Assembly: GCF_004010195.1 (NCBI RefSeq)
Contig: NC_057718.1
Span: forward strand, 10,656,474 to 10,714,200
DNA: 57,727 bases
Direction: 5' to 3'
DNA from: Chiloscyllium plagiosum
Lineage: Eukaryota
Made by a program: the position numbers and the translations under genes. Below are positions 1-11,142 of the stretch, piece by piece; position 1 is the stretch's first letter, and the number at the start of each line of letters is the position of its first letter. A model generated the notes under the pieces. It did not search any database. It worked only from the letters and a program-made list of their open reading frames with translations, and had not been told where the DNA came from.

Positions 1-99
1 ATGGTAAAGGTTGCAGACCTCAGTTGCTAAGGAATTAATTCACAAATGACAGTGAGCAGACAAAGTCTGTCATTCGGAAAGCTAATAGCATACTTTGTA

Positions 100-1670
100 G
101 TCAATTTACCTGATAAGACATAACAAGGGATATTACATTTCAGTGATATAGGGCATTGGTGAGACCTTTCCAAGAATACTGCAGAGAATTGGTCGCCTTA
201 AGTAAAGCATTGGAGTCAGTTCAGAGAAGCTTGACTCGACTCCTATGAGAATGGTCAGGCTACCTATATCCAACATGCCCTGTTGGGTTTGCAGCTGCTG
301 GAAGATTTTTTTGCATGTCTAACAATGGCTTCTACATGCGGAAACTGCTGCTGCACATGGAGCTCTGAGATTTGCATTGTAGAAAACAAAATTAGGGCAC
401 ATGTTGTTTGTTTTTGCTGGAGCTTAGGGTAAGAAGTAACTATTGATTGAAAATTCAAGATTCTCTGAAGGGTTTTAATTGGGTGATGTCATAGAGATGT
501 ACAGCATGGAAACAGACCCTTCAGTCCAACCTGTCCATGCCGACCAGATATCACAACCCAATCTAGTCCCACCTGCCAGCACCCGGTCCATATCCCTCCA
601 AATCCTTCCTATTCATCTACCCATCCAAATGCCTCTTAAATGTTGCAATTGTACCAGCCTCCACCACATCCTCTGGCAGCTCATTCCATACCCGTACCAC
701 CCTCTGCGTGAAAATATTGCTCCTTAGGTCTCTTTTATATCTTTCCCCTCTCCCCTCTCACCCTAAACCTATGCCTTCTAGTTCTGGACCCCCCCCCCCT
801 AGGGAAAAGACTTTGCCTATTTACCCTATCCATGCCCCTCATAATTTTGTCAGCCTCTAACGCTCCAGGGAAAACAGCCTCAGCCTGTTCAGCCTCTCCC
901 TGTAGCTCAAATCTTCCAACCCTGGCAACATTCTTGTAAATCTTTTCTAAACCCTTTCAAGTTTCACAACATCTTTCCAATAGGAAGGAGACCAGAATGG
1001 CACACAATGTTCCAACAGTGGCCTAATCAATGTCCTGTACAGCCGCAACATGACCACCCAACTCCTGTACTCAATACTCTGCCCAATAAAGGAAAGCATA
1101 CCAAACGCTGCCTTCACTATCCTATCTACCTGCGACTCCACTTTTAAGGAGCTATGAACCTACACTCCAAGTCTCTTTGTTCAGCAACACTCCCTAGGAC
1201 CTTACCATGAAGTGTATAAGTCCTGCTAAGATTTGCTTTCCCAAATGCAGCACCTCTCATTTATCTGAATTAAACTCCATCTGCCTCTTCTCAGCCCATT
1301 TGCCCATCTGCTCCAGATCCTGTTGTAATCTGAGGTAACCCTCTTCACTGTCCACTACACCTCCAATTTTGTGTGGAGGATATTTTCTCTTTGATGGAAT
1401 CTGGTCACTGTTATAAAAATAAAGGGTTACTCACTCAAAGTAGGTATGAGAAGGAACATTTTCTGAGGGGAACGAGTGTTTGGAATGCGCTTCCTTGGAA
1501 GGTAGTGAAAGCAAAGTGTTTGTTTTTAAAGCAGAAGGATGGCCTATTAGCAATGCAGTGAAAGGTTGCTGGGGTGGGTGGAAATGTGGAGTAATCGAAT
1601 CAGAAAGATCTTATTGAAAGCTAGAACAGGCTTGAGGGTCTGAATGGCATACTTCTGATTCACATGTTCA
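100..1670 (+). mobile_element. Old degraded CR1 3' remnant split by a younger CR1
   Basis: CR1 ORF2 C-terminal-like pieces at ~100-270, ~440-489 and 1371-1670 (SVWNALPWKVV), with a decayed tail. Confidence 0.55.
490..1370 (-). mobile_element. 5'-truncated CR1 (HER1-like) LINE
   Basis: ESQVDRIVKAAFGMLSFIGQSIEYRSW...RPLLEHCVPFWSP; closely similar to 18308-19200; 3' tail at 490. Confidence 0.92.
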
Positions 1671-2149
1671 TATGTATATTTTTGCCAAGACTATTTTGTT
1701 AAAAGTGAAGATATCCCTACAAGTTCATATTCAACTTGCAACTTTTCTTTCTAAATTTCAACCATTTAAGAAGCAGGAAGATTTGAGGCTTGTTCCCAAT
1801 TTTGCTCTTGGTCTAGAATTTATCATTAAATTTATTTTCTTCAAACATTTTTTCCTAAATGTTGTTTCTGTATGATGATATAATTAAACCGAACGTCAAG
1901 TAATGTTGACAGGCTATCTGCTGGGAAAAACTGCAAATATTCCAAATATTCATTATAGAATCAGACAGGATCATTTAAATGATGATCATTACCCTCCCCA
2001 ATATCTGATTTCTTTACCCCACAGAACCTGTAATCAATCAAGATGTGCTATGAGTTACTGCAGTTTTGATTCATTTGGGAGCATTTCATCTTTGTAAATC
2101 AGAGGTTGTAGATTGAAGTCTCGTGCAATGATGTGAGCATATGGTATTG

Positions 2150-2460
2150 GATGTCCCTGAAGATAAATTTGCATATTTGGGGTGATGTGTTAAACTGAGG
2201 CCCCATCTCGTCATTCAATTGGGCATTAATGATATTATCACATATTTGAAGAGAATGTAGTTTAATTGTTTTTTTGACTAGTATTTCCTCCATTAATTAA
2301 CACTGTCAGAAGCTAACTGGTCATTTTTTTCTGCTTTATTTGTGGTACTTTGCATGTCTAAATGATCACATTTGTAATATAACAAAATGTCTTGTGGCAT
2401 CAAGAAGACATGGGGAGGTGCTGCACAGATACAGATGTTTCTTTACTGCTGTCCTAGATT
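2150..2460 (+). mobile_element. Degraded Deu-domain (SacSINE1-like) SINE
   Basis: gatgtgttaaactgaggccccatct resembles the Deu core; L2-like tail ending tacagatacagatgtttc. Confidence 0.45.
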
Positions 2461-2647
2461 GGTTTCGTAATTTAGCAATAATAAAGGGTTCATTTGGGGC
2501 TTTTTGTTTTTGTCAAAATTTCATCATATGGTATGCTTAATAAACTATTGAGGACATTTGACAGTCATTTACACCAATGTAAACTAATCAATTGGAAATA
2601 TTTGAGGGTTTAGCATGAGTTGACCATTGTTGCATAGCAGACACGTC

Positions 2648-2673
2648 TGTGTGTGTGTGTGTGTGTGTGTGTG
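2648..2673 (+). repeat. (TG)13 microsatellite
   Basis: Seen directly. Confidence 0.95.
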
Positions 2674-2777
2674 ATCTGAAATGGCTAGATTGTTTTTTGT
2701 AATTTAAGCTAATTACTTATGAGGGATAAAAAATGGAGAAAACATTTATTTGTTTCTGTGATTCTTTTTTCCTTCAG

Positions 2778-2841
2778 TTAACTCTACTCTTGAAACTGGA
2801 AGACAAGTTAAACAGACACCTCAGCTGTGACCTGTTGCCCA
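2778..2841 (+). CDS. NRBP1: NRBP1 coding exon (third from last)
   Basis: Pyrimidine tract + ttcAG acceptor; encodes [21 protein letters not shown] + 1 nt; GTacgt donor. Matches the NRBP1 C-terminal region (human [21 protein letters not shown]) rather than NRBP2. Confidence 0.96.
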
Positions 2842-3014
2842 GTACGTACTTTAATCTGTTGTTTTGTGCGCCTCTGAATTTCAATTATTTCCCAAAATGC
2901 ATCTGATTTCTTTAATTCCACAGAAATTTAAATTAGTTTGTCAGATCAATTCAGTAGCTTATATTGATCAAAAATTAAATAGTCATAGGACAACAAGAAG
3001 GGAGATGAAATTAA

Positions 3015-3240
3015 AATGTGGGAGCAACTTGGCAGGTCTGGCAGCATCTGTGGAGAGAGAAAGAGTTAATGTTTCTGAAGAGTCATACTGGACATGCTGA
3101 GCTCCAAATCTGTGTTTTTATCTCTTCAATAGTTGCACTATTACAGTTTAATTTGGGTTTGGGGTTTTCGCTGAGTTTCTCCAGCACTTTTTATTTTCAT
3201 ATCAGATTTCCAGCATTCGCAGTGTTTTGCCATTATTGAA
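3015..3240. mobile_element. Old inverted Penelope pseudo-LTR remnant
   Basis: ggcaggtctggcagcatctgtggagagaga in one orientation and gctgagtttctccagcac...ccagcattcgcagt in the other; relatives at ~24270-24380, ~31735-31780, ~42320-42420 and ~52890-53040. Confidence 0.55.
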
Positions 3241-3770
3241 CTGGAGAGCAGAGTTATTTATCAGCAAATAAATGCATTTTTCTTTTTTTAATATAACTCT
3301 GCCTTGCACCTTGGTCATTTTTTCAGAAGTCTTCGAATTCAACTTTGCACCTTTTGAGGTGGGCTGGCTGAAACCAAGTTCCAGATTGCTGGAAACATTG
3401 CTCTTTCATATCAGTGTAACTTGTTCTGACTTGTAAACTAAGACCCGTAGCTGCATCTCTGTAATCTGTTGTAACTGTGATGGGAGGTGTGCATTGGCAA
3501 TCAAGTCCTGCAATCCCATGAGATATCCCAAAAGTGTAAATGTCCAATTCAATGACCATGATAGTTAATATGCTTTACTCTTAAAGTTGTCTAGGGCAAT
3601 TAAGAAGTTTCCTCCAGGTTTTGACAATAAACACAAGAAGTTATTTATTATGAATAAATGTAGTTTTTAACAAGTGGCAAAATGGATTATTTGCTGCTAT
3701 TATGCAAACTTGAACTGTATCCCATTTAAATACAAACATGCACATTTGTCAGGGCATAGACATAGACACT

Positions 3771-6700
3771 GGGGAAGGTGATGGCCAAGTGGTATTATTG
3801 TTGGACTATTAATCCGGAGACCCAGATAATGTTGTGGGGACCCAGGTTAGAATCCCGCCACAGCAGATGGTGGAATTTGAATTCTTTAAAAATCTGGGAT
3901 TAAGGATCTAATCCTGAAACCATTGTCGATTGTCAGAAAAACACATCTGGTTCAATAGTGACCTTCAGGGAAGGAAATTTACCATCCTCACCTGGTCTGG
4001 TCTATCTGTGACTTCAGAGCCACAGCAATGTGGTTCAATCTCAGTTGCCGCCTGAGCAAGCCATTCAATTGTACCAGTCACTGCAGAGTATCAAAGAAAT
4101 GAAACCAGATAGATCACCTGGAATCAGACTGGGCACCAGAAAAGACAGTGGCAGAAACAGACACGTCGACCCTACCAAATCCTCACTGACATCTGAAAGC
4201 TCGAGCCAAAATTGGGAGAGCTGTCTCACCCATTAGTCAAGTAACAGCCTGACATAGTCATACTCACAGAATTATACCTTACAGGCAATCCCCCCTACAC
4301 CACCACCACCACCAACCCTGGATGTATCCTGTCTTACTGGCAGGATACATCCAGCAGAGGTGGTGGCACAGTGGTATACAGTCTGGAGGGAGTTTCTCTG
4401 GGAGTCCTCCACATTGATTCTGGACCCTATGAAGTCTTATAGCTTCAGGTCAAACATGGGCAAGGAAACTACCTGCTGATTTCCACACGCTGTCCTCCCT
4501 CAGCTAATGAATAGTACTCCTCCGTATTAACAATATTTGGAGGAAGCACTAAGGGTGGCAAAGGCACAAAGTGTAATCTGGGTGGGGTATTTCAACGTCC
4601 ACCATCAAGAGTGGATTGGCAGCAGTACTACTAATCTATCTAATAGAGTCCTTAAGGATATAGCTGTGAGACTGGTTCCTTCACAACCTGCCACAAACCC
4701 AGTGAGGGAAAAAGATACTCTACCTCATGCTGACCAATCTGCCAGCTGCAGATGCATCTATCCAAAACAGTCTCAGTAAGCGCGACCACCATACAGCCCT
4801 TGTGGAGACGAAAACTTGACTTCACATTGAGAATAACCTCCATCACGTTGTCTGGCACTGTCACTGTGCTAAATGGGAAGTCTTTGAACAGATCTAGCGA
4901 CTCAAGATTGGGCACCCATGAGGTGCTCTGGGCCATCAACTCAACAGGAGCAGAACTGTACTCCAGCACAACCTGCAACCTCATGGCCCAGCATAACCTC
5001 CACTCAACCATTACCATAAAGCCAGGGTATCAACCCTGGTTCAATGGAGAGTGCAGGAGGGCATGCCAGGAGCAGTAGTAGGCATACATGAGGATAACTT
5101 ATCAACCTGGTGGAGCCACCAAACAAGACTACTTTCATGGCAAACAGCATAAGCAGCAAGTGATAGAGCTACATGATTCCACAACCAATGGATCAGATCT
5201 AAACGTGCACTCCTGTCACATCCCATCATGAATGATGGTGGATGATTAAACAACTGACTGGAGGAGGCGACTCCACAAATATCCCCTTCCTCAATGATGC
5301 AAGAGCCCAGCACGTCAGTGCAAAAGATAAGGCTGAAGCTCTCGCAGCCATCTTCAGCCAGAGGTACCAAGTAGATGAACCACCTCGGCCTCCACCAGTG
5401 GTCCCCAGTGTTACAGATACCATTCTTCAGCCAATTCGATTCACTCCACGAGATATCATTAAACAGTTGGAGGCACTGGATACAGAGGAACCTCGATCAT
5501 CCAGCGTTTGATAAACTGAAGTTCGGATTATCCAAACAAGATTGCAAGATCTCAATGCGTGGCATTTGCTTAACCGATCAAAATACTCCCTATCCGTGGC
5601 CTTTGGATAATCTAGCTTCCTCTGTTCTGCAAAGGCAAATGGGCCCTGACAACATTCTGGTAATAGTAATGAAGACTTGTGCTTTAGAACTTGCCACTCA
5701 CCTAGCCAAGCTGTTCCAGTACAGTTACAACACTGACATTTACCTGGCAGTGTAGAAAATTGCCCAAGTATGTTAAGTGTTTTATGTACAGGACAAATTC
5801 AACCGAGCCAATTACTACTCATCAGTCTATTCTCAATCATCAGTAAAGTGATGGAAGGTGTCATAAACAGTGCTCAGTGACGTCCAGTTTGGGTTCCACC
5901 AGGGCCACTCAGCTCCTGATGTCCATGTTTGAACCAAGGCTGTAATGACGAGAGCTGAATTCCAGAGGTGAGGTGAGAGTGACAGCCCTTGACATCAAAG
6001 CTGCATTCAACTGGGTGTAGTATAAAAGAGCCCTAGCAAAACTGGAATCAGTGGGTCCTCGGGGGACAAACTCTCTGCTGGTTGGAGCCATACCTGATAC
6101 ATAAAAAGATGGTTATGGTTGTTGGAGGTCAGTCATCTCAGCTCCAGGACATCTCTGCAGGAGTTCCTCAGGATAGTACCGGAGGCCCAACCATCTTCAG
6201 CTGCTTCATCAATGAGCTTCCCACCATCATAAGGTCAGAAGTGGGATGCTTGCCAATAATTGTGCAATGATCAGCACCACTCCTCAGACATTGAAGCAGT
6301 CCATGTCTAAATGCAACAAGATCGGAACAATATCCAGGCTCAGCTGACAAGTGGCAAGTAGCATTTATACCACACGCATGCCAGACTATGACCATCACTA
6401 ACAAGAGGCAATCTAACCACTGCCCCTTGACATTCGATGGTATTACCGTCACTGAATCCCCCACTATCATCATACTGGGAATTACCATTGATGAGAAACT
6501 CAACTAGACTCCCCACATTAAACACAGTGGCTACAAGAGCAGGTCAGAGGCTTGGAATACTCCCCGCATGCCTGGATGAGTGCAGCCTCAACACAAGAAG
6601 CTTGACACCATCCAGGACACAGCTGCCCACTTGATTGGAGTCATACCTGGTACATAAAAAGATGGTGATGGTTATGGTTGTTGGAGGTCCACCTCCATCC

Positions 6701-7400
6701 ACTCCCTCCACCACCAACGCTCAGTAGCAGTAGTGAATACTATCTACAAGATGCACTGCAGAAATTCACCAAATATCCTCAGACAGCATTTGCTGTATGT
6801 TGACCCACAGTGCCATTTGGGAGGGAATTCCAGGATTTTAACCTCTAGTGACAGTGAAGGAGCAGTGATATTTCCATGTCAGGATGGGGAGTGGCTTGGA
6901 GGAGAACTTTAAGATGGTAGTATTCCCATGCATCTGCTGCCCTTGTCCTCCTAGATGGAGGTGGTCTTGGTTTTGGAAAGTGCTATCTAAGGATATTTGG
7001 TGAATTTCTGCAGTGCATCTTGTAGATAGTACACACTACTGCTACTGAGCGTCAGTGGTGGAGGGAGTGGCTGCAGTGCCAATCAAGTGGGCAGCTTTGT
7101 CCTGGATGGTGTCAAGCTTCTTGTGTTGTTGAGGCTACACTCATCCAGGCATGTGGCGAATATTCCAAGCCTCTGACCTGCTCTTGTAGCCACTGTATTT
7201 AATGTGGTGAGTCCAGTTGAGTTTTTGATCAGTGGTAATTCCCAGGATGATAGTGGGGGATTGAATATCAAGGGGCAGTGGTTAGATTGCCTCTTGGTCG
7301 CAGTGGTTCAAGAAGACAGCACAACATCACCTTCTCAAGGGCAACTAGGAATGGGCAATAAATGCTCGCCAGTCAGTGACCCCCACATTCCACTAAAAAA
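3771..7400 (+). mobile_element. Near full-length degraded CR1-group LINE with tRNA-like 5' head
   Basis: A box TGGCCAAGTGG (3782) and B box GGTTAGAATCC (3845); APE motifs (QPDIVILTELYL, GYFNVHHQEW); RT motifs (GPDNI...LAKLFQYSY, ALDIKAAF, GVPQDS..PTIFSCFINEL); 3' tail caccttctcaagggcaactaggaatgggcaataaatgc at ~7328-7365. Confidence 0.85.
5483..5624. mobile_element. 142-bp Tc1/mariner-pogo (Tigger-like) MITE inside the LINE
   Basis: TIRs CAGAGGAACCTCGATCATCC / GGATAATCTAGCTTCCTCTG; TA on the left, TT (mutated TA) on the right; removing it restores the LINE sequence ggatactgcaaaggc. Confidence 0.85.
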
Positions 7401-7789
7401 CAATAAACTTACAGATCTGCAGGCATTATGGGCAGGAAAACAAAATGGGTGATTTCTATTAAGAGTCCAAACCACAAGAATGGAATGAGGTAATTTTTTC
7501 ACTTCTGCTGGTGAAATACTTTTGTCAACCACACAGTAATAGAAGACCATTCCTTCAGATAACCCATCTATTAGACCCAGGTTTGTTTTTGTTAGTTCAC
7601 CTTTCAAAATCTTTGTGCGTTGACCTTTACTGCCAGAGAGGCAAAAAAAGAGCCTTTCAAAATCAAATGGTAAACTTTCTGCCCGTTTGGGCTTTGTCCA
7701 AAACTTGAATTTTCTAGTTTTCATTCCAAAAACTGCATGGCTTGAACAAACCCAATTTCGTTATTTAATTCCACATACTGTAATTGATC

Positions 7790-9190
7790 ATCATCTCCTT
7801 GAAACAAACTCTGAACCACGAGGTCCATGAGGCACTGTCAACCATCTGCTGCATATTTGTATTCGAGTGCAATCTCATAGTCTGGCATGTGCCACACTCT
7901 GCTATCAAACCAGAGGACCAACACTGGTTCAGTAAAGAGTTTAGGTTGGCATGCCAGGAGACAACAGGCATAATAAAAATGAAGTACCAGCCTAATTAAG
8001 ATACAACACCAAACAACCTGCATGTTGCGTAAACAGAAACCGAATACTAAATAGTACCACAATCAGTGGATTAGACCAAAGCTCTGCAGTCCTGTCACGT
8101 CCAGTTGTAATGAGTGGTGGATAATTAAACGGCTCACTTTAAAGAAGAAAATTTCACACACAACCCATCCTCAGTGATCAGTTCAAAAGTCAAGGCTGTA
8201 ACATGTGCAGTTAACTGCAGAGACCATTTCTTATTTCTGAATGCCCCACCATCAATAGTTTTGGTCTTTAGCTTTGCTACATTTTTGAAGAAATGAATGT
8301 ATTGAGTACATCAATGGCTCTGGGCCCTGACAACATCTCAGCAATAGTCCAAAAGGCTTCAGTTCCATAACTAGCTGTATTCCAAGCCAGCCTATTCCAG
8401 TACACCTTCAACACTGGCATAAATCCAACAATGTGGAAAATTGCCTAAGTATGTATTCACAAAAAGCAGAACAATTGCTTTGAGTCATACTGAGAACAAA
8501 GGAAGATGATTGTGGTTGTTGGACACCAGTCATCTCAATCCGAGGACATCTCTGCAGAAGTTCCTCAGGATAGGTCCTGGACCCATTTTTGAGCAGCAAT
8601 TAATGACCTGTTCTCCATTACTAGATCAGAAGTGGGATGTTTACTGTATAATGTTTAGTACGATGCGCAAATCCTCATATACTGAAACAGTCTGACCATG
8701 TGCAACAAGATTGAATGTCATTCTGGCTTGAAATGGTAAGTGACAAGTGAAATTTACACCATGCAAGTGCCAGGCTGTAACTAGCTCCAATAGGAGAATC
8801 TAACCATCTCCCCTCTGCATCTGTTGGCATTATTATTACTGAATCTCCCACAGTCAACATCCTGGAGTTTACCATTGGCACAAAATTTAACTGGACCAGA
8901 CTTTTAAATACTGTGGCTACAGTAGCTAGATAAGAGCCTTGGCATTTGCAAGTAACTCACCTCCTGTTTTCCCAAACCCTGTCCAGCACTTTTACAGCAG
9001 ACGTCAGGTTTGTGATAGAATGTTCACAAGTTGCCTGGATGGTTGCAGCTGTAGCAACAGTCAAGAAGGTCAGCATATTCTAGGGAAAGAACTTTGCTTG
9101 ATTGACACCACATCCTTCACTTTATACATGCATTCTTTCTCCCATGGCACAGAGTGGCTGCAGCGTTCCATAGTGGCAGCATCTTCTAAC
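7790..9190 (+). mobile_element. Older deleted copy of the same CR1-group LINE family
   Basis: Collinear with 4910-6740 (gggccctgacaacat, gacatctctgcag, actgaatctcccac). Confidence 0.8.
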
Positions 9191-10074
9191 AAGAGTTTGT
9201 CTGAAAAAACTTTTCAACTATATTGTTCACTAAAACTGGCCACAGATTTAGAATTTTAAACAACTGCCTTGGTTCTTTGCAAAAGGTGCCTATAACTCCA
9301 TAAAGTAGAGTGAGAAGAGAACTCTTTTTTATTTTTGAAAAGTGTGTCAAATTACTTTAGATTTATCATCACTTTCTCATGTACGTTTCAAAGATTTGAA
9401 GAACCTGGCTGTCTTCACACACGCAGTTGTCATGATCTGAGAATGAAATAAGTGGACACTCTATCTACCTCAGAAGGCAGATCTTCTGTCAGCATTTGCA
9501 TGAAATATTATAAAACTGCCTGGCCTTCACCTCTGGACTCAGTATATTCTCCCTATGAATTTCTTAGCATAAATATTATCACAAAATTGAAAAGTATTAA
9601 TGATATTTGCTGTGTTCAGATTGTTCCTAAATTAATCTCATTTATTCGCTTAACTTTGGAAGAACTTCTTTTCAAAAAAAAAGTTTGTTTATAATTTCAC
9701 ATTGTTGTGCTGTAGGTAGCCAGGGCATTGGATCATACTTGATGGCAACAGAGTATTAATTTGCCATCAATCATGCCTTCCATATGGAGCTGGAAGTGAC
9801 AAGGTTCCAAGATGGCTTGTAAGCATTTTGGTAGAATTTATTTTAAAGGGCTTGAGGATGTTTCTCTGGGGAACACTTCATGGGGCAAGAATACAATGGT
9901 GATTGGTAAATAATGTGAAAGGTTTGAGAAAATCATGTGGTGAAAAAAACTTTAATTTTAAGAAATATTTTGATAGAACACTTCATGAAACAGCTGAGCT
10001 ATAAATTACTATAAGCAATTGTCCTGGTTGTCCAAGAATGATCAGTAGTATTAATACTTAATTTATGTTTACAG

Positions 10075-10130
10075 ATGAGAGCTGTCAAGAGCTGGCAGCA
10101 GAACTTGTTCAACTGGGATTCATCAGTGAG
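10075..10130 (+). CDS. NRBP1: NRBP1 penultimate coding exon
   Basis: tttacAG acceptor; phase fits the previous exon (A+AT=Asn); encodes NESCQELAAELVQLGFISE; GTaaga donor. Confidence 0.97.
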
Positions 10131-11043
10131 GTAAGAAATTCAGTTTGCTTTTTGATTTTGTTTATTGCATTGATTTTCTTTTCTGTTCTCTCCCTCATTG
10201 CTACATCTTTATAACTTGGGTGCAGTGATCACTCAGGTATTTATCCATGAAATCATTCTCTACATTGATACTGGATGCTCATCAGTGCACTTACTTAACC
10301 ATATTATGACAACTATAACTAGCTTAAAGGTATAAATTATATCTTTGAGTAATAGGAATTAAAAAGTATTAGATTAGATTCCCTAAAGTGTGGAAACAGG
10401 TCTTCCTGTTGACAACTGTCTTAAATTCTCTTCATTGTCATAACAATAATGCTTCTTGGATATGAGTAATTCTAGTTCAGAATTTGACTTGATTCACTTT
10501 TCTGAACATCCAAAATCCATTGTGTACTTCACAACTTGAGGCAGTGATGTTAAATGGAAATGTTTATGCAAATTGCGATGAAGGGGAATATTTATTAAAT
10601 GGCACTTGTGTTATACACTAGCTTGCAAAAGAAACTTAATGTATTTTTCGGACTGACAGTGTATATGCTTGATCTAATTTTAAACAGCTGACCAAGGATA
10701 ACAGGTTAACAGCTCTTGCTGCATCTCCATGTCAACCATGCACGTGCCAATCATGGTCAAACCAATCAGCACCCTTTTCTCATACTGTGAAAATTGACGT
10801 TCCCTTTAAGTTTTGTCAGTCCTGATGAGTGTAAGGTGAAAAAACTGTGTATCTCTTTTTAATAATGTTTGAACAACACACAAAATAAAAGTGTTAAAAT
10901 GGTTTAAGATATATCTTGCATTTAAAATTCTCTATAATTTGAAGGGGTGTTTTGGAACTTCTGGAATAAGGTTTGAATATTGAATTACTGTGACATTTTG
11001 TTTTTAGGTTTGACATAATTGTTTTTTCCTATCTTTTGAACAG

Positions 11044-11142
11044 ATTGATCAAAGCAGGTTAACCACGTTGCTCGAGGATACATTCAGCAAATTCTTCTAC
11101 AGCAGGAATGGCTCCATCTCCGATGTCACTGTTTCATCATAG
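11044..11142 (+). CDS. NRBP1: NRBP1 terminal coding exon
   Basis: aacAG acceptor, phase 0; encodes IDQSRLTTLLEDTFSKFFYSRNGSISDVTVSS then TAG (human ADQSRLTSLLEETLNKF...VTVSS). Confidence 0.96.
   Translation: MDQSRLTTLLEDTFSKFFYSRNGSISDVTVSS

Noticed and set aside
10818..10850. Active intronic hammerhead in NRBP1
   Set aside because: CTGATGA...GAAA is present, but stem II is poor and no stem III or cleavage triplet follows; probably a decayed PLE remnant.
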